From Myxococcota bacterium (GTDB taxonomy: Bacteria > Myxococcota > Myxococcia > Myxococcales > Myxococcaceae): a DNA stretch of 64,000 nt. Where the stretch lies: NCBI GenBank assembly GCA_049322255.1, contig JBMORE010000146.1, forward strand, positions 1 through 64,000, written 5' to 3'. This document shows, in pieces, positions 37,401 to 44,937 of the stretch. The position numbers and the translations under genes are program-made. How positions within the stretch are numbered: position 1 is the stretch's first letter; every line of letters begins with the position of its first letter. A model generated the notes under the pieces. That model saw nothing but the letters and a program-made list of their open reading frames with translations, was not told where the DNA came from and did not search any database.

Positions 37401-38072
37401 TCCGCAGGTGATGGAGGGGACGTTGTCGTCCACCTGGCCGTTGCAATCGTTGTCCAGCCCATCGCACACCTCGGCGCTGGCCGGGCCGGGCACGCAGGTG
37501 GAGCCCTGGCCGCCGATGCACATATCGACCGTGCGCGCGCAGGCGCCCATTCCGCAGGAGGTGGTGCCCAACCCGTCGTCGATCAGCCCGTCACAGTCGT
37601 CGTCCTGACCGTTGCAGGACTCCGTCACCGGGTTCACGGCGCCCACGCACGGTCCGAACTGCCAGATGCCGTCGACGAAGGCGCAGGTGGACGTGCCCAG
37701 GCGGCACTCTCCCAGCTTGGAGGAGCCACAGGAGAGGGCCTGCCCCTCCTCGCACAGGGCGGTCGAGAAGCCGCCGTCGCCGGTGTCCCCTGAGTCCACC
37801 TCGGGTGGGGAGATGCACTGCCCCGTGGAGGGCACACAGATGAGCCCACTGGCGCACTCCTCGTTGCGTGTACAGGGAGTGGCCGCGTCGCCTTCGGTCT
37901 GCGGAGAGCCACAGTGGCCGGCGATGCACATTTCCCCGAGCGCGCAGTCCACCTCGGAGAAGCAGGGCGGCCCCAGGCCTTCGTCGCCGTCGGTCCCGGG
38001 TTGCGCCTGCGGGCGTCCACATGTGCAGGCCGTCACCGCGCCGATGACGAGGGCGAAGGCAAATACGCGCAT
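34419..38072 (-). CDS. Cys-rich repeat surface protein with about 15 MopE-like putative metal-binding motifs
   Basis: Repeated ExCNGxDDDC(D/N)GxxD(E/D); lipobox-like VTAC; start MRVFAF. Confidence 0.88.
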   Translation of the reverse strand: MRVFAFALVIGAVTACTCGRPQAQPGTDGDEGLGPPCFSEVDCALGEMCIAGHCGSPQTEGDAATPCTRNEECASGLICVPSTGQCISPPEVDSGDTGDGGFSTALCEEGQALSCGSSKLGECRLGTSTCAFVDGIWQFGPCVGAVNPVTESCNGQDDDCDGLIDDGLGTTSCGMGACARTVDMCIGGQGSTCVPGPASAEVCDGLDNDCNGQVDDNVPSITCGIGECARVAQGCVNGSPGTCTPGTPSPESCNGLDDDCDGQVDDGIGQVSCGVGICARTIDRCVNGVPQTCTPGPAGTEACNGLDDDCDSQTDENFGNLSCGTGACTRTVAACVNGSPQLCTPGTPSTETCNGSDDDCDGQTDEGLGSTTCGTGVCRRTVTTCVGGAPQMCTPGPAGTETCNGLDDDCNGQTDDGLTCNCTDGQTQPCYSGPSGTQNVGVCRGGTRTCVSGSWSICVGEVVPTTETCNGRDDDCNAQTDEDLGTTTCGTGICQRTVNNCAGGVTQTCTPGTAGTETCNGLDDDCNGQTDEGLGTTTCGTGVCLRTVNNCAGGVTQTCTPGASSAETCNGLDDDCDGQTDEGLGQTTCGTGVCLRTVNNCVGGAPQTCTPGTAGTETCNGLDDDCDGQTDEGLGQTTCGTGACQVTIAACVNGNPQTCVPGSPTTEVCNNIDDDCDGPVDETFPQQGQSCSTGLSGPCGNGQRQCTSGSLVCAQTVFPVNEVCNNGIDENCNGTVDDPMSCGCNSQIDADLDGANQCVDCNDNDGTVYPGRTELCNGKDDDCDGQLDEGFDQDGDCFTTCGTHPGCKSSTCAQTYGSCSAALDARRVDCNDNNNFVFPLKTADCGNQATPTTANGVDDNCNGYVDETCGCSAQDRDGDGVTTCQGDCNDNDATIAPGRTEVCDGKDNDCNQRTVDNCGVSDPCGYKQGNNWYRWPAGTDQCRPDLICVSNVATGALTCGSFCNQTVGAGLNDSCAVGEGCYRNLLDSDNLHLCSVLSTGSSTTGQACSGSSQCRSGDCLTTDGPTDYCSDKCTHQAGCSANTTCYIERNSLGFPMVTGYYLASWCRLTSNITGTKTLGQSCSGSECKSGQYGCFNGTCVEPCCANADCPSGYVCTIDGPKQNTGYTSGGSQIWSVMPSCVASNASRVSAQACTASSQCKSGICDRASNVCVDLCCNDSSCPSGTTCEMVNFKFSTGQITSIRACVLPPTPALVEQR
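36121..37620 (-). repeat. Intragenic 150-bp (50-aa) tandem repeats
   Basis: tcggtttggc recurs at 36181, 36331 and 36481 (variant at 36631); a second run has the same period at ~36830-37620. Confidence 0.85.
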
Positions 38073-38116
38073 GCGGGTTAGGTACTCCAAGCGGCAGACT
38101 GGAGTCCAGCCGAGCT

Positions 38117-38180
38117 CCCCTCAGCTGAGCGCCCCTCAGCTGAGCGCCCCTCACCCCCACCCTCTCCCAAAGGGAGAGGG
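38117..38180. repeat. Tandem 15-bp palindromic unit followed by a REP-like palindrome
   Basis: (cccctcagctgagcg)x2, then ccctcacccccaccctctcccaaagggagaggg. Confidence 0.7.
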
Positions 38181-38189
38181 GGTACGTTG

Positions 38190-40880
38190 TCAACTCAGCC
38201 AGAAGTACGCGGAGGCTACCAGCGAGCGGCCGACGACGACCTTCGCCTTGGCGGCCAGCTGGGCCAGGGTGCGGTCTTTCTCGGTGTAGGTCTTCTCTTC
38301 GGCGTGGTGCAGCGCGGTCAGCTTGCGACGGAAGTCTCGCTCCAGGCGTTCGACCTGCGCGCGCGCTTTGAGGCGGTCAGGGCCTTCTTCCGCGGCCTGG
38401 AGCGCCTTGCGTGAGGCTTCCCACAGTGCCTTGGCCCTCTCCACCTCACCCCGCGGCGAAAGGAGGCAGTCTTCGGCGTAGCGGTCTGCCCGTTCCCGGG
38501 CGGTGTCGAGCTCCACCGCGCTCTTCCGTTCGTACGCCCGCTGCACTTCCTCACGCGCGGCCGCCACCGCTTTCTCGTGCGCCAACGTCACCGATACGGC
38601 CTTCGGCTTGCATGCCGTTTCTTCCTGGGCAGACAGGCGCATGAAGAGCTCGCCGTCTTCCAGCGGGAGCGCGTGGAAGGTGCCGCCTTTCTCTAAAAGG
38701 AGCACCACGTGCACCAGCTTTTCTTCGGGCACCAGGCCGGCGAGCTCGAAGCGGTAGGCGAACCACCAGCCTTCGCTTCCCGCCCAGCGCGAAAGCCGCG
38801 AGGGCAGGCCGGCGGCGTCGAGGCATAGGTAGCTCACCGCGTCCGTTGCCCGGGTGCGTGCCTCGCTGGCGGCCTCGCCCACGCGGGAACGGGTTGCCTC
38901 GCCCGCGCCCAGCACCGAGTCGACCAGGCTCTTCGCGTGTCGTCGGCGGACGTCGACCGCCTCGCGCGCCGCCTCGCCCGTCAGCTTGAGCCGCCGCCGC
39001 ACCTCGCCGTCGAAGCGCTCGAACAACAGCGCGCGCGCCTCGGTCATCCGGTGGTCGATGCGACGCTCCAAGTCCACCCTCAGGGCGTCGAAGGCGGCGT
39101 CGATTTCCTCCGGCAGCCGGCAGGACTGGTAGATGTCGAGCACGCGCCGCTCGAAGTCCACGCCGTTCTCCAGCGCCCCCAGGATTTCGTCCGACGCCCC
39201 GAACACCCCGTCGAACAGGTGGAGCTTCTTCTCCAGTAGCTCGTACAACCGCGCGTCCGCGGCGTTTTGGCGGTTCAAGAAATTGAGCACCAGGACGTCG
39301 CGCTCTTGGCCGTAGCGGTGGCAGCGGCCGATGCGCTGCTCCACCCGCTGCGGGTTCCAGGGAAGGTCGTAGTTCACCACCAGATTGCAGAACTGGAGGT
39401 TCAACCCTTCGGCCCCCGCCTCGGTGGAGAGGAGTACTTGCGTGCGCTCACGAAACTCCTCAATCAGAGCGCGCCGGGCCTTTGGCGTGCCAGCGTCGCC
39501 CGAGAGCACCGAGACGCGCCCGTCGTAGCCGTGGGCGCACAGGAGCTGGAAGAGGTACTCCTGCGTGCGTTTGCTCTCGGTGAAGACCACCGCCTTTGCG
39601 GGCCATTGGTGGGCCCGGGCGACGGTGAAGGCACGATCGAGGGCGCGCTTGAGCGCTTCGCCCTTGGCATTGACTCGAATGCGTTCCGCTTGTTCGGCGT
39701 AACTTTTCAGCTCGAGGGCCTCGCGCCGAAGGGCTTCCAGCGGCGGCGCGGCCGCGGGCTCGTCTTGCCAGGCCTCCGCCTCCTCGGCGAAGACGGACAG
39801 CTCCTGGGGTCGGAAGAGCTCGCCCGTTGGCTGCCCCTTCGCCGCCGCGCGAATGCGTTGCTCCAGCGTCTCAGAGAGCTTTCGCAGCGTCGGCGCGATC
39901 GCATACGTCGAGGAGGCGAGGAGCTTTCGGTAGACCAGCGTCAGAAGGGTGCGCTGCCCCGGCTCGATCGCCGCCGCCTCGCTGCGCCGTAAGTACTCCG
40001 AGACCTTCTCGTAGAGGTCCTGCTCCTCGGGGGTGGGGGCAAAGTCCTCGACCAGGCTGCGGCGGTGGGTGAAGCGCACGTACTCGCGCACCTGGCGGCG
40101 TAAGGTGCGCTGCACCACAGGGGAGAGACGCTCTTTCAAGCTGGCGGCGGCACCCTCGTCGAGCCCGCCGGTGCCGGCATGGTCCTGGTAGCGCGCTTTG
40201 AAGGCGCTCTCCGGCCCCAGAATCTGCTCATCGAGCAGGGAGAAAAGCCCGAACAGCTCGGACAGGTCGTTCTGCAGCGGGGTGGCGGTGAGCAGCACCT
40301 TGGGCCGGTCGCGCAGCGCCGCTTTGAGCGCCTGGCCGGTCTTGAAGCTCGGCTTGTGGGCGTTGCGTAAGCGGTGGGCCTCATCGATCACCACCAGGTC
40401 CCAGCGCACCTTGGCCAGGCTGTCCGCACGCAACGCAGCGAAAGGGTGGGAGGAGATCACCACCGCGTCTTGCTCGAAGGGGTTGGTGTGGGCGCGCGCC
40501 GAGCGGCCGTCGACGATCACTGCTTCGAGGTCGAATTTCTCCAGAAGCTCCGCCTGCCACTGCGCGCGCAGCGTGGCCGGGCAGAGCACCAAGACGCGCG
40601 GCTTTCCTTCGGCGAAGAGTTGGGCGATGACGATGCCCGCCTCGATGGTTTTTCCCAGGCCCACCTCGTCGGCGAGCAGGCACCCCCCACGGGAGAGCGA
40701 CTCCAGGGCGAAGGCGGCCGCCTCCACCTGATGGGGGTTCAAGTCTACCTGGGCCTCGCAGAGCGCGCCCGCCAGCCGGCGCGGGCCTTCGCCACCTTTG
40801 ACGGTGAGCTCTTCGGCGAGCAGCCGCTGGTGAAACCGCGTCAGCGGGGCGGAGGAGAAGCTGCGGGCGACCTCGGCCAA
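38190..40880 (-). CDS. SNF2-family helicase (RapA/HepA-like)
   Basis: DEVGLGKT, DEAH, LLTATP, EGLNLQ, QRIGRCHRYGQ; TTG start preceded by GGAGG. Confidence 0.93.
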   Translation of the reverse strand: MAEVARSFSSAPLTRFHQRLLAEELTVKGGEGPRRLAGALCEAQVDLNPHQVEAAAFALESLSRGGCLLADEVGLGKTIEAGIVIAQLFAEGKPRVLVLCPATLRAQWQAELLEKFDLEAVIVDGRSARAHTNPFEQDAVVISSHPFAALRADSLAKVRWDLVVIDEAHRLRNAHKPSFKTGQALKAALRDRPKVLLTATPLQNDLSELFGLFSLLDEQILGPESAFKARYQDHAGTGGLDEGAAASLKERLSPVVQRTLRRQVREYVRFTHRRSLVEDFAPTPEEQDLYEKVSEYLRRSEAAAIEPGQRTLLTLVYRKLLASSTYAIAPTLRKLSETLEQRIRAAAKGQPTGELFRPQELSVFAEEAEAWQDEPAAAPPLEALRREALELKSYAEQAERIRVNAKGEALKRALDRAFTVARAHQWPAKAVVFTESKRTQEYLFQLLCAHGYDGRVSVLSGDAGTPKARRALIEEFRERTQVLLSTEAGAEGLNLQFCNLVVNYDLPWNPQRVEQRIGRCHRYGQERDVLVLNFLNRQNAADARLYELLEKKLHLFDGVFGASDEILGALENGVDFERRVLDIYQSCRLPEEIDAAFDALRVDLERRIDHRMTEARALLFERFDGEVRRRLKLTGEAAREAVDVRRRHAKSLVDSVLGAGEATRSRVGEAASEARTRATDAVSYLCLDAAGLPSRLSRWAGSEGWWFAYRFELAGLVPEEKLVHVVLLLEKGGTFHALPLEDGELFMRLSAQEETACKPKAVSVTLAHEKAVAAAREEVQRAYERKSAVELDTARERADRYAEDCLLSPRGEVERAKALWEASRKALQAAEEGPDRLKARAQVERLERDFRRKLTALHHAEEKTYTEKDRTLAQLAAKAKVVVGRSLVASAYFWLS

Positions 40881-41338
40881 CGGAAGACCTCCTCGCGCGC
40901 TCTTTTGGAGCGCGCGAGGTCACCATTCTGAAGGCCTGATCGATCCTGTAAAGGGCCTCGTCCCCAAGGCCGAGAAATCGGCCCGGGTGAAATCGCGGCG
41001 TCGCTCCGCCAGCGATGTCCGTAGGCTCTTCGAGCTCCGTGGGGTACCTCAGGGCGGTGTTCCGATGAGTTCGTTCCGATGGAAGGCGCTGCCCCGCACA
41101 GACTTGGATGCCTTGCTCCGGTGGGACTTGCGTGCCGAGCTTGACCGCAGCCAAGCCGGCCGGCCTGGGTGGAGCCGCAGGCCATTTGCTCCACATGCGG
41201 TATCATAGGCAAAGTGTCACTGGAGACGCATCCGACACAAGATCCCGCGAATGGAACCCGGGGTGGCCCCCAGTTGGGTAGCTGGTCGCCCCGGCAAACC
41301 ACTGCTCCACCGCCAGCGAGAGCTCATCCGCCTTCGCC

Positions 41339-41689
41339 TTATGAATCCTCAAATCTTGGATGGAGGTACTTGCGCAGCTTGCCGGCAATATAATCGTGTG
41401 CCGAGCCACGCAGGATGGCTCCTGGGTCGGAGACCTCGGCGTCGACGGCCAGCGCTCCCACTGTCAGCCGCGCGCGGAAGGCGACTCCCCAGACCGTCCC
41501 CAAGACGTTGGCCTCGTCGCCGTGCCACTCGGCGCGCACGCCGAAGCGTTGGCTCCAGTAGTCGAGGAGCAGCCGCACCCGCTCCTTGGCGTCGGCGACG
41601 GTGAAGGAGTGCTCGGTGTGGATGTGCAGCTGGGAGTCGCCCTGGACAGGCGCAGCGGAAAGAGCGAGGCAAAGAAGGACGCTCGTCAT
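41339..41689 (-). CDS. Small protein resembling the polyhydroxyalkanoic-acid-system family
   Basis: HSFTVADAKERV...W.GD...G pattern; follows DUF58 in the operon. Confidence 0.6.
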   Translation of the reverse strand: MTSVLLCLALSAAPVQGDSQLHIHTEHSFTVADAKERVRLLLDYWSQRFGVRAEWHGDEANVLGTVWGVAFRARLTVGALAVDAEVSDPGAILRGSAHDYIAGKLRKYLHPRFEDS

Positions 41690-41702
41690 CGCGGGCTGCA
41701 TT

Positions 41703-43064
41703 CTACAGCAAGCCGTGGGCCTTGATGCGCAAGTATTCGTTCACCGCGGTGGCGCAGAAGGTGCGAGCAGGTGCGCGTACTACCACGGAGCCTTGGTTGC
41801 GCAGGCGGGCGGCGGTGAGCCGGTACTCGCCCTCCAAGCGTGCCGCGGCCTGGCGCTCGTAGGCGCTCTGCACGGTGGCCGGCTCGTCGGTGGCGGCGCG
41901 CTCCAGGTCCTCGTCGAGGAGCGAGACCACCAGCGGCAAGTGCCGCGGGCGAAGGCGTAGGGTGCGCGCCACCAGCGCGGCCGAGGTGTCGGGGTCGACC
42001 AAGTCGGTGAAGAGGGCCACCAGGGTGCGCTTGTGGTGGCGGGCGAAGGCCACATCGAGCGCGCCCCCGTAGTCGCTCTCCTCCAGCGCCGCTTCGGCGC
42101 GGTAGAGCGCCTCGGTGAGCGCGCGCAGGTGCTCGCGCCCTTTGCGCGGCGGGAGGAAGGCGCGCACCTGGGTGGCAAAGGCGAGCACGCCCACCAGGTC
42201 GCCCTTGTCCAGGCTCACCTTGGCCAGCCGCAGCGCCGCGTCCACCGCGTGATCGAGCTTGCGCCGCCCACCGACGATGCCCGCCATGTGCCGGCCGCAG
42301 TCGAGAAGGAGCATCACCGGCTGGTTTCGCTCCGGTTGGTAGACCCGCACCATCGGCCGCGCCCTTTTCGCCGAGGCCTTCCAGTCGATGGTCCGGTAGT
42401 CGTCGCCTTGGCGGTACTCACGCAGGCTCTCGAGCTCGCGGCCCTCGCTGGGCCGGCGACGGGTGCGGTCGGAGGGCGCGTCGGTCGTGCGCGAAAGCGT
42501 AAGCGCCTCGCGGCTGAGCGCGGTGAGGTCGGGGTACACCTTCACCACCGTCTTCGCCAAAACCTTGTATTGCCGCGCGCACAGGCCCAGCGGGCCCCAA
42601 AGGCGCAGGTGGAGATCGCCAAAGGCCAGGTCTCCCCGTGAGGGAGGCGTGAGGAAGTAGGTGAGCGTCGTGCACGGCCGCTCGCGGGTGAGCTCGAAGC
42701 GTTGCCGGTGACCGTTCAGCGTGGGGCCGGGGGCGACTTCATCGCGTAGCTCTCCGCGCAGGATGAACGGCGATCTTGCACGGGCATCGGACCCGTTCAG
42801 CCCGAGCGGAGTCGAGGGCTCGATCTCGATCCGCACCACGTTCGGCTTTCCGCTGGAGAGCACCGGCTCGACCACTCGGCGCACGCTGACGGCGGCGAAG
42901 CTTTTCGCACGCAGGTAGTCGGTGAGGCACAAGAAGACGACCGCCACATCGATTGTCAGCGCGAGATAGGCAAAGGAGAGATCGACGGCACCGAGCACGG
43001 CGGGGAAAAGACCGGCTCCCAGGAGCGCCACCGCGCGCGTCGTGGGGACGGGAAAGCCGATCAC
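41703..43064 (-). CDS. DUF58 domain protein (vWA-like MoxR partner)
   Basis: LREYRQGDDYRTIDWKASA, LLLDCGRHM, FTDL. Confidence 0.9.
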   Translation of the reverse strand: MIGFPVPTTRAVALLGAGLFPAVLGAVDLSFAYLALTIDVAVVFLCLTDYLRAKSFAAVSVRRVVEPVLSSGKPNVVRIEIEPSTPLGLNGSDARARSPFILRGELRDEVAPGPTLNGHRQRFELTRERPCTTLTYFLTPPSRGDLAFGDLHLRLWGPLGLCARQYKVLAKTVVKVYPDLTALSREALTLSRTTDAPSDRTRRRPSEGRELESLREYRQGDDYRTIDWKASAKRARPMVRVYQPERNQPVMLLLDCGRHMAGIVGGRRKLDHAVDAALRLAKVSLDKGDLVGVLAFATQVRAFLPPRKGREHLRALTEALYRAEAALEESDYGGALDVAFARHHKRTLVALFTDLVDPDTSAALVARTLRLRPRHLPLVVSLLDEDLERAATDEPATVQSAYERQAAARLEGEYRLTAARLRNQGSVVVRAPARTFCATAVNEYLRIKAHGLL

Positions 43065-43969
43065 CGCGGGACCTGCACCTGCTCCAGCGTCTGGCGGATG
43101 ACGTCGTCGGTGTTGACTCCCTCCACCTCTGCCTCGGCCTTGAGCAGGAGCCGGTGGTTCAAGACGCTGGGCGCGACTTCCTTCACGTCATCGGGGGTGA
43201 CGAAGTCGGTCTGTCGCAGCGCCGCGCGGGCTTTCGCCGCCGCGAGCAAGCTCTGCGCCGACCTTGGCGAGGCGCCCAGCCGCACCCGTGCGTTTTGTCT
43301 CGTCTGCCGCACCACCGCCACCACGTAGTCGAGAATCGAAGCGTCCGCCCGCACCGCCGCGGTCTTTTCCTGCAAGCTGGTCAGCGCCTCCAAAGACAGC
43401 ACCCGCTCGATGGCCGGAGTAATGCCCTTTCGCTCGTGGAAGGCGCCGACCATCGCCCGCTCCGCGCCCGCTTCCGGGTAGCCCACCCGCACCCGCATCA
43501 TGAAGCGGTCGAGCTGTGCCTCCGGCAAGGGGTAGGTGCCCTCCAGCTCGACGGGGTTTTGCGTCGCCACCACGAAGAAGTGCGCGGGCAGCGGGTGCGT
43601 GGCGCCGTCGATGGTGACTTGCCGCTCCTCCATCGCCTCCAGGAGCGCCGCCTGTGTCTTGGGCGGGGTGCGGTTGATTTCGTCGGCCACCAGCACCTCG
43701 GTGAACACCGGGCCCTTCACCAGGCGGAACTTCCCCTCGTCGGGGCGGAAGACGCTGGTGCCGAGGATGTCGCTGGGCATCAGATCGGGGGTGAACTGCA
43801 CCCGGCAAAAAGACAGCCCCAGCGCGCCGGCGATCGACCGCGCGGTGAGCGTCTTGGCCACCCCCGGCACCCCCTCGAGCAAGACGTGGCCGCGCGCGAG
43901 GAAGGCGGTCACCAGATCCTCGACCACCTTCCTTTGGCCGAGCACCACCGCGTCGAGCGCGTGCCGCAA
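43061..43969 (-). CDS. MoxR-family AAA+ ATPase (start may be a CTG at 43990)
   Basis: EGVPGVAKT, QFTPDLMPSD, DEINR, ATQNP, YPLPEAQLDRF. Confidence 0.95.
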   Translation of the reverse strand: MRHALDAVVLGQRKVVEDLVTAFLARGHVLLEGVPGVAKTLTARSIAGALGLSFCRVQFTPDLMPSDILGTSVFRPDEGKFRLVKGPVFTEVLVADEINRTPPKTQAALLEAMEERQVTIDGATHPLPAHFFVVATQNPVELEGTYPLPEAQLDRFMMRVRVGYPEAGAERAMVGAFHERKGITPAIERVLSLEALTSLQEKTAAVRADASILDYVVAVVRQTRQNARVRLGASPRSAQSLLAAAKARAALRQTDFVTPDDVKEVAPSVLNHRLLLKAEAEVEGVNTDDVIRQTLEQVQVPR

Positions 43970-43986
43970 CCGTTCGATGGGCGTGC

Positions 43987-44841
43987 TCAGAGCTGCTTCT
44001 CCTTGAAGCCCATCAACGTCCCTCCCAGGGCCACCACGCTGGTGACCAGGGCGATGAACACGCCGATCACCGGCTTGGACACGGCCACCTCGAAGTTACC
44101 CACCGGCGCGCGCACGATCGTTCCGTTCCAGCTCACCTTGATGAAGATGAGGCACCACACGATGCAGAAGCCCACCGCGCCCAGCTGGGTGAGCCACAGG
44201 ATGAACAAGCTCTGGTGTCGCCCCGCGCGTCGCACCCGCATCACCACCGCCGCGCCCGCCAAGAGCGTCATCACCAGTACCGGCAGACCCAGGCCGAGCA
44301 GGCCCAGCTCTTCGCCGTCGGCGGCGGTCTCTTTCCAAGGGAAGAACGCGGTGAGCACGTTCAGTCCCAGCCCGGCCATCGTCAGCTTGTCCGCCGAGCT
44401 CAGCTCCTCCATGAACGACTTGGCCTCGGCGAAGGCCTCCTCGGCCGAAACCATGCCCTTTCGCTCCGAAGGGTCCACCGCGCGCGGCAGCCGGTGGTTT
44501 TCCTGCTTGGGGTGCCAGTCCTCGCTCGGCGTTCGTACCCGGGCGGAGGTGGCGGAACGGTGCGGAGGCGCTTCGGGCATACTCCGCCGCGCGGGAGGAG
44601 GCCGATGGGGCGCGCGCTGGGAGCGGGACTCTTCCATCTCCTCCATGCTCTTGATGCGGGTGTGACCCTGGGCGGCGACGGTGGGGCGTGCGCGGGGGCG
44701 TGGACGAGGCGGCAGGGCAGGCTCGTCGTCCGTCTCGGGGGGAGCGTCGCTGCCCAAGAACGAGGCGTCGATGATGTAGTCGCACTGGGGGCAGATCGAC
44801 ACGTCGTCTGGCACCGAGGCGTCGCAGCTGGGGCAGTTCAC
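43987..44841 (-). CDS. Zinc-ribbon membrane protein
   Basis: GTG start; CPSC...CPQC; Pro/Arg linker; about four C-terminal TM helices. Confidence 0.7.
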   Translation of the reverse strand: MNCPSCDASVPDDVSICPQCDYIIDASFLGSDAPPETDDEPALPPRPRPRARPTVAAQGHTRIKSMEEMEESRSQRAPHRPPPARRSMPEAPPHRSATSARVRTPSEDWHPKQENHRLPRAVDPSERKGMVSAEEAFAEAKSFMEELSSADKLTMAGLGLNVLTAFFPWKETAADGEELGLLGLGLPVLVMTLLAGAAVVMRVRRAGRHQSLFILWLTQLGAVGFCIVWCLIFIKVSWNGTIVRAPVGNFEVAVSKPVIGVFIALVTSVVALGGTLMGFKEKQL

Positions 44842-44937
44842 GGCGCGGGCATTGTCGAATCCGCCTGCTCCGGTGTCAAACAGTCGCTCGCGTAACCTCT
44901 GGATTTTGGAGGAGATTTGACCTAGAGCCGCGACTTC

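Noticed and set aside
36121..37620. Regularly spaced repeats as a possible CRISPR array
   Set aside because: The period is 150 bp, in frame within a CDS, with no unique spacers and no cas genes.
38190..40880. SNF2 helicase as part of an anti-phage system (DISARM-like)
   Set aside because: No methylase, nuclease, DUF1998 or PLD partner is nearby; the gene appears solitary.
41160..41300. tRNA/tmRNA-like fragments (tggagccg, gaacccgggg)
   Set aside because: No complete cloverleaf, T-loop or CCA end could be built on either strand.
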